In this document: positions 61,101 through 64,000 of the stretch, piece by piece
Layout of the letters: each line of letters begins with the position of its first letter
Numbering within the stretch: the stretch's first letter is position 1
Assembly (NCBI RefSeq): GCF_964204645.1
Contig: NC_134033.1
Coordinates: 11,726,655 to 11,790,654 of the forward strand
From: Tubulanus polymorphus
Taxonomy: Eukaryota > Animalia > Nemertea
Length of the DNA: 64,000 bases
Reading direction: 5' to 3'
Made by a program: the position numbers and the translations under genes
Notes under the pieces: generated by a model
Database searches by the model: none
What the model was told of the DNA's origin: nothing
Seen by the model: only the letters and a program-made list of their open reading frames with translations

Positions 61101-64000
61101 TTTTCGCACTTACAATACTTCGATGGTTCATCGTATTTAGAATTTTGTGGACATTCGCACTTGTTATTTTTCTCTACCATTACACCCGAACATTCGCATT
61201 TCTGATTTTGTGAGTTATAAACCATCTTCGAGTCTTTACATTCACATTTACCATTTCGTTCAACCATACCCTTTTTACACTTTGCAGTCGTTGTTGTTGC
61301 AGGCTGCTTCGTTGTTTCAGTGGTCGGTGCTGGGCCTGCCGACGTTGTAACTGGTGGACTAGTCGTTGTCTTTTCGGGACTTGGAGGTGACGTTTTTGGT
61401 GTGGATTTCGTTGTCATTTGTCCACAAGTATTCGTCGCACTATCCCACGTCGCTTTGCCGTCGCATTTACACATTTTTGTCGTTTGGTCAAACGTAGATC
61501 CAGAGACACATGATGTGCACTTGTTCGTCTTTTTATCGACGAACTTAGGTGCTTTACAAACGCAATTTTTACTGACGAGTGTAAAGCCATTTTTGCAATC
61601 GCATTTATCCCCATTTTCAGTCGATGCTGAAGGACAAACACATTTACCACTTTTGTCTCGGAACTTGTCACCTTTACAAGAATTCGGTTTACACGTTTTA
61701 GAGGCTTCGTCATATTGCTGTCCATTGGGACACGTTTCACATTTTCCATCCTTAACGTATTTCGGAGGATCACATTTGCAAACTTTATCAACGGCGTTCA
61801 TTTGGAAACCATTTTCGCACTTACAATCCTTCGATGGTTCATCGTATTTAGAATTTTGTGGACATTCGCACTTGTTATTTTTCTCTACCATTACACCCGA
61901 ACATTCGCATTTCTGATTTTGTGAGTTATAAACCATCTTCGAGTCTTTACATTCACATTTACCATTTCGTTCAACCATACCCTTTTTACACTTTGCAGTC
62001 GTTGTTGTTGCAGGCTGCTTCGTTGTTTCAGTGGTCGGTGCTGGGCCTGCCGACGTTGTAACTGGTGGACTAGTCGTTGTCTCTTCGGGACTTGGAGGTG
62101 ACGTTTTTGGTGTGGATTTCGTTGTCATTTGTCCACAAGTATTCGTCGCACTATCCCACGTCGCTTTCCCGTCGCATTTACACATTTTTGTCGTTTGGTC
62201 AAACGTAGATCCAGAGACACATGATGTGCACTTGTTCGTCTTTTTATCGACGAACTTAGGTGCTTTACAAACGCAATTATTACTGACGAGTGTAAAGCCA
62301 TTTTTGCAATCGCATTTATCCCCATTTTCAGTCGATGCTGAAGGACAAACACATTTACCACTTTTGTCTCGGAACTTGTCACCTTTACAAGAATTCGGTT
62401 TACACGTTTTAGAGGCTTCGTCATATTGCTGTCCATTGGGACACGTTTCACATTTTCCATCCTTAACGTATTTCGGAGGATCACATTTGCAAACTTTATC
62501 AACGGCGTTCATTTGGAAACCATTTTCGCACTTACAATCCTTCGATGGTTCATCGTATTTAGAATTTTGTGGACATTCGCACTTGTTATTTTTCTCTACC
62601 ATTACACCCGAACATTCGCATTTCTGATTTTGTGAGTTATAAACCATCTTCGAGTCTTTACATTCACATTTACCATTTCGTTCAACCATACCCTTTTTAC
62701 ACTTTGCAGTCGTTGTTGTTGCAGGCTGCTTCGTTGTTTCAGTGGTCGGTGCTGGGCCTGCCGACGTTGTAACTGGTGGACTAGTCGTTGTCTTTTCGGG
62801 ACTTGGAGGTGACGTTTTTGGTGTGGATTTCGTTGTCATTTGTCCACAAGTATTCGTCGCACTATCCCACGTCGCTTTGCCGTCGCATTTACACATTTTT
62901 GTCGTTTGGTCAAACGTAGATCCAGAGACACATGATGTGCACTTGTTCGTCTTTTTATCGACGAACTTAGGTGCTTTACAAACGCAATTTTTACTGACGA
63001 GTGTAAAGCCATTTTTGCAATCGCATTTATCCCCATTTTCAGTCGATGCTGAAGGACAAACACATTTACCACTTTTGTCTCGGAACTTGTCACCTTTACA
63101 AGAATTCGGTTTACACGTTTTAGAGGCTTCGTCATATTGCTGTCCATTGGGACACGTTTCACATTTTCCATCCTTAACGTATTTCGGAGGATCACATTTG
63201 CAAACTTTATCAACGGCGTTCATTTGGAAACCATTTTCGCACTTACAATCCTTCGATGGTTCATCGTATTTAGAATTTTGTGGACATTCGCACTTGTTAT
63301 TTTTCTCTACCATTACACCCGAACATTCGCATTTCTGATTTTGTGAGTTATAAACCATATTAGAGTCTTTACATTCACATTTACCATTTCGTTCAACCAT
63401 ACCCTTTTTACACTTTGCAGTCGTTGTTGTTGCAGGCTGCTTCGTTGTTTCAGTGGTCGGTGCTGGGCCTGCTGACGTTGTAACTGGTGGACTAGTCGTT
63501 GTCTTTTCGGGACTTGGAGGTGACGTTTTTGGTGTGGATTTCGTTGTCATTTGTCCACAAGTATTCGTCGCACTATCCCACGTCGCTTTCCCGTCGCATT
63601 TACACATTTTTGTCGTTTGGTCAAACGTAGATCCAGAGACACATGATGTGCACTTGTTCGTCTTTTTATCGACGAACTTAGGTGCTTTACAAACGCAATT
63701 TTTACTGACGAGTGTAAAGCCATTTTTGCAATCGCATTTATCCCCATTTTCAGTCGATGCTGAAGGACAAACACATTTACCACTTTTGTCTCGGAACTTG
63801 TCACCTTTACAAGAATTCGGTTTACACGTTTTAGAGGCTTCGTCATATTGCTGTCCATTGGGACACGTTTCACATTTTCCATCCTTAACGTATTTCGGAG
63901 GATCACATTTGCAAACTTTATCAACGGCGTTCATTTGGAAACCATTTTCGCACTTACAATACTTCGATGGTTCATCGTATTTAGAATTTTGTGGACATTC
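28166..64000 (-). CDS. Giant secreted Cys/Lys-rich mucin/silk-like protein (5'-partial): repeat mega-exon, then VWA-EGF-VWA-EGF-VWA-PAN-VWD-C8-(CPxG modules)-VWA-(CPxG modules)-Ser/Lys tail
   Basis: Manual GT-AG model with all phases consistent: >64000-39628, 39533-39112, 38884-38740 (VWA1), 38293-38171 (Ca-EGF, DIDEC), 38107-37902, 37798-37670, 37541-37325 (VWA2), 37220-37122, 36831-36712 (Ca-EGF, DVDEC), 36365-36256, 36009-35771, 35646-35453 (VWA3), 35150-35097, 35007-34738 (PAN/apple), 34384-34137, 33987-33816, 33582-33456 (VWD, GLCGNCNG), 33328-33133, 32646-32562 (C8), 32480-32427, 32347-32300, 32055-31948, 31617-31546, 31447-31227, 30959-30755, 30514-30395 (VWA4), 30267-30208, 30088-30041, 29906-29859, 29728-29609, 29463-29416, 29319-29254, 29136-29023, 28680-28166 (TGA). 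About 1,667 aa follow the mega-exon. Confidence 0.88.
34525..34657. mobile_element. Tc1/mariner (pogo/Tigger-like) MITE in an intron
   Basis: TIRs CAGTGGGACCTCGTTATAAC / GTTGTAACGAGGTTCCACTG, with TA on the right flank. Confidence 0.8.
36491..36652. repeat. ~81-bp direct tandem duplication in an intron
   Basis: ccacgtttaggaaaaataaa...ggtaccgagagtaagg occurs twice. Confidence 0.85.
39628..64000 (-). CDS. Mega-exon (>=24,373 bp, >=8,120 codons) of the giant protein
   Basis: Uninterrupted ORF (track 39611..63934) that stays open to the window edge. It ends at donor AAAG|GTATGT (exon end 39628, phase 1), which joins the VWA1 exon in frame. Confidence 0.93.
40630..46200. repeat. Coding tandem array of ~7 x 822-bp units (274 aa, 30 Cys)
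   Basis: Period of 822 bp (40707, 41529, 42351, 43173, 43995, 44817, 45639). Same 13-module core as the 711-bp unit plus two extra two-Cys modules in the linker. Confidence 0.96.
46200..64000. repeat. Coding tandem array of ~25 x 711-bp units (237 aa: 26 Cys, ~38 Lys, ~48-aa PTS linker)
   Basis: Shadow ORFs recur every 711 bp (46389, 47100, 47811 ... 62742). Units differ by only a few SNPs. Confidence 0.97.

Noticed and set aside
40209-63924. Dozens of repeated 61-198-aa ORFs on the + strand and in alternative - frames
   Set aside because: Shadows of the repetitive mega-exon; they recur with the 711/822-bp period and show no independent protein features.
63932-63934. ORF-track Met as the start of the giant protein
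   Set aside because: It is an internal repeat Met; the frame is open to the window edge and no signal peptide is present.

Overview
AT-rich, intron-containing animal DNA; it looks like an invertebrate, but the taxon cannot be fixed from sequence alone. Four apparently intact genes, all on the minus strand, encode secreted or extracellular proteins. (1) A giant Cys/Lys-rich mucin- or silk-like gene enters from beyond the right edge. One exon of at least 24.4 kb holds ~25 near-identical 711-bp (237-aa) repeats and ~7 822-bp (274-aa) repeats. It is followed by 33 phase-consistent exons encoding VWA-EGF-VWA-EGF-VWA-PAN-VWD-C8, many two-Cys micro-exon modules, a fourth VWA and a Ser-rich/Lys-rich tail (>9,700 aa within the window). 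(2) An intact 7-exon signal peptide-CUB-Thr/Pro linker-trypsin protease. (3,4) Two tandem paralogues of a signal peptide-EGF-VWD(GDPH)-RRKR-C8-TIL-EGF-EGF-PT linker-unnamed beta-domain protein. They lie in ~10.4 and ~11.7 kb segmental duplications that also carry decayed copies of the protease. Interspersed elements include L2-type LINE ends, several MITEs, a 1.3-kb foldback element with nested repeat arrays, and Penelope-type insertions carrying minimal hammerhead ribozyme motifs, one of them a perfect 106-bp-arm palindrome. The best candidate for an undescribed system is a clustered secretion (tube/cocoon/adhesive/mucus) locus of giant scaffold, candidate cross-linkers and protease; the functional link is inference. 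Exon coordinates were read by eye and may be off by a few bases.
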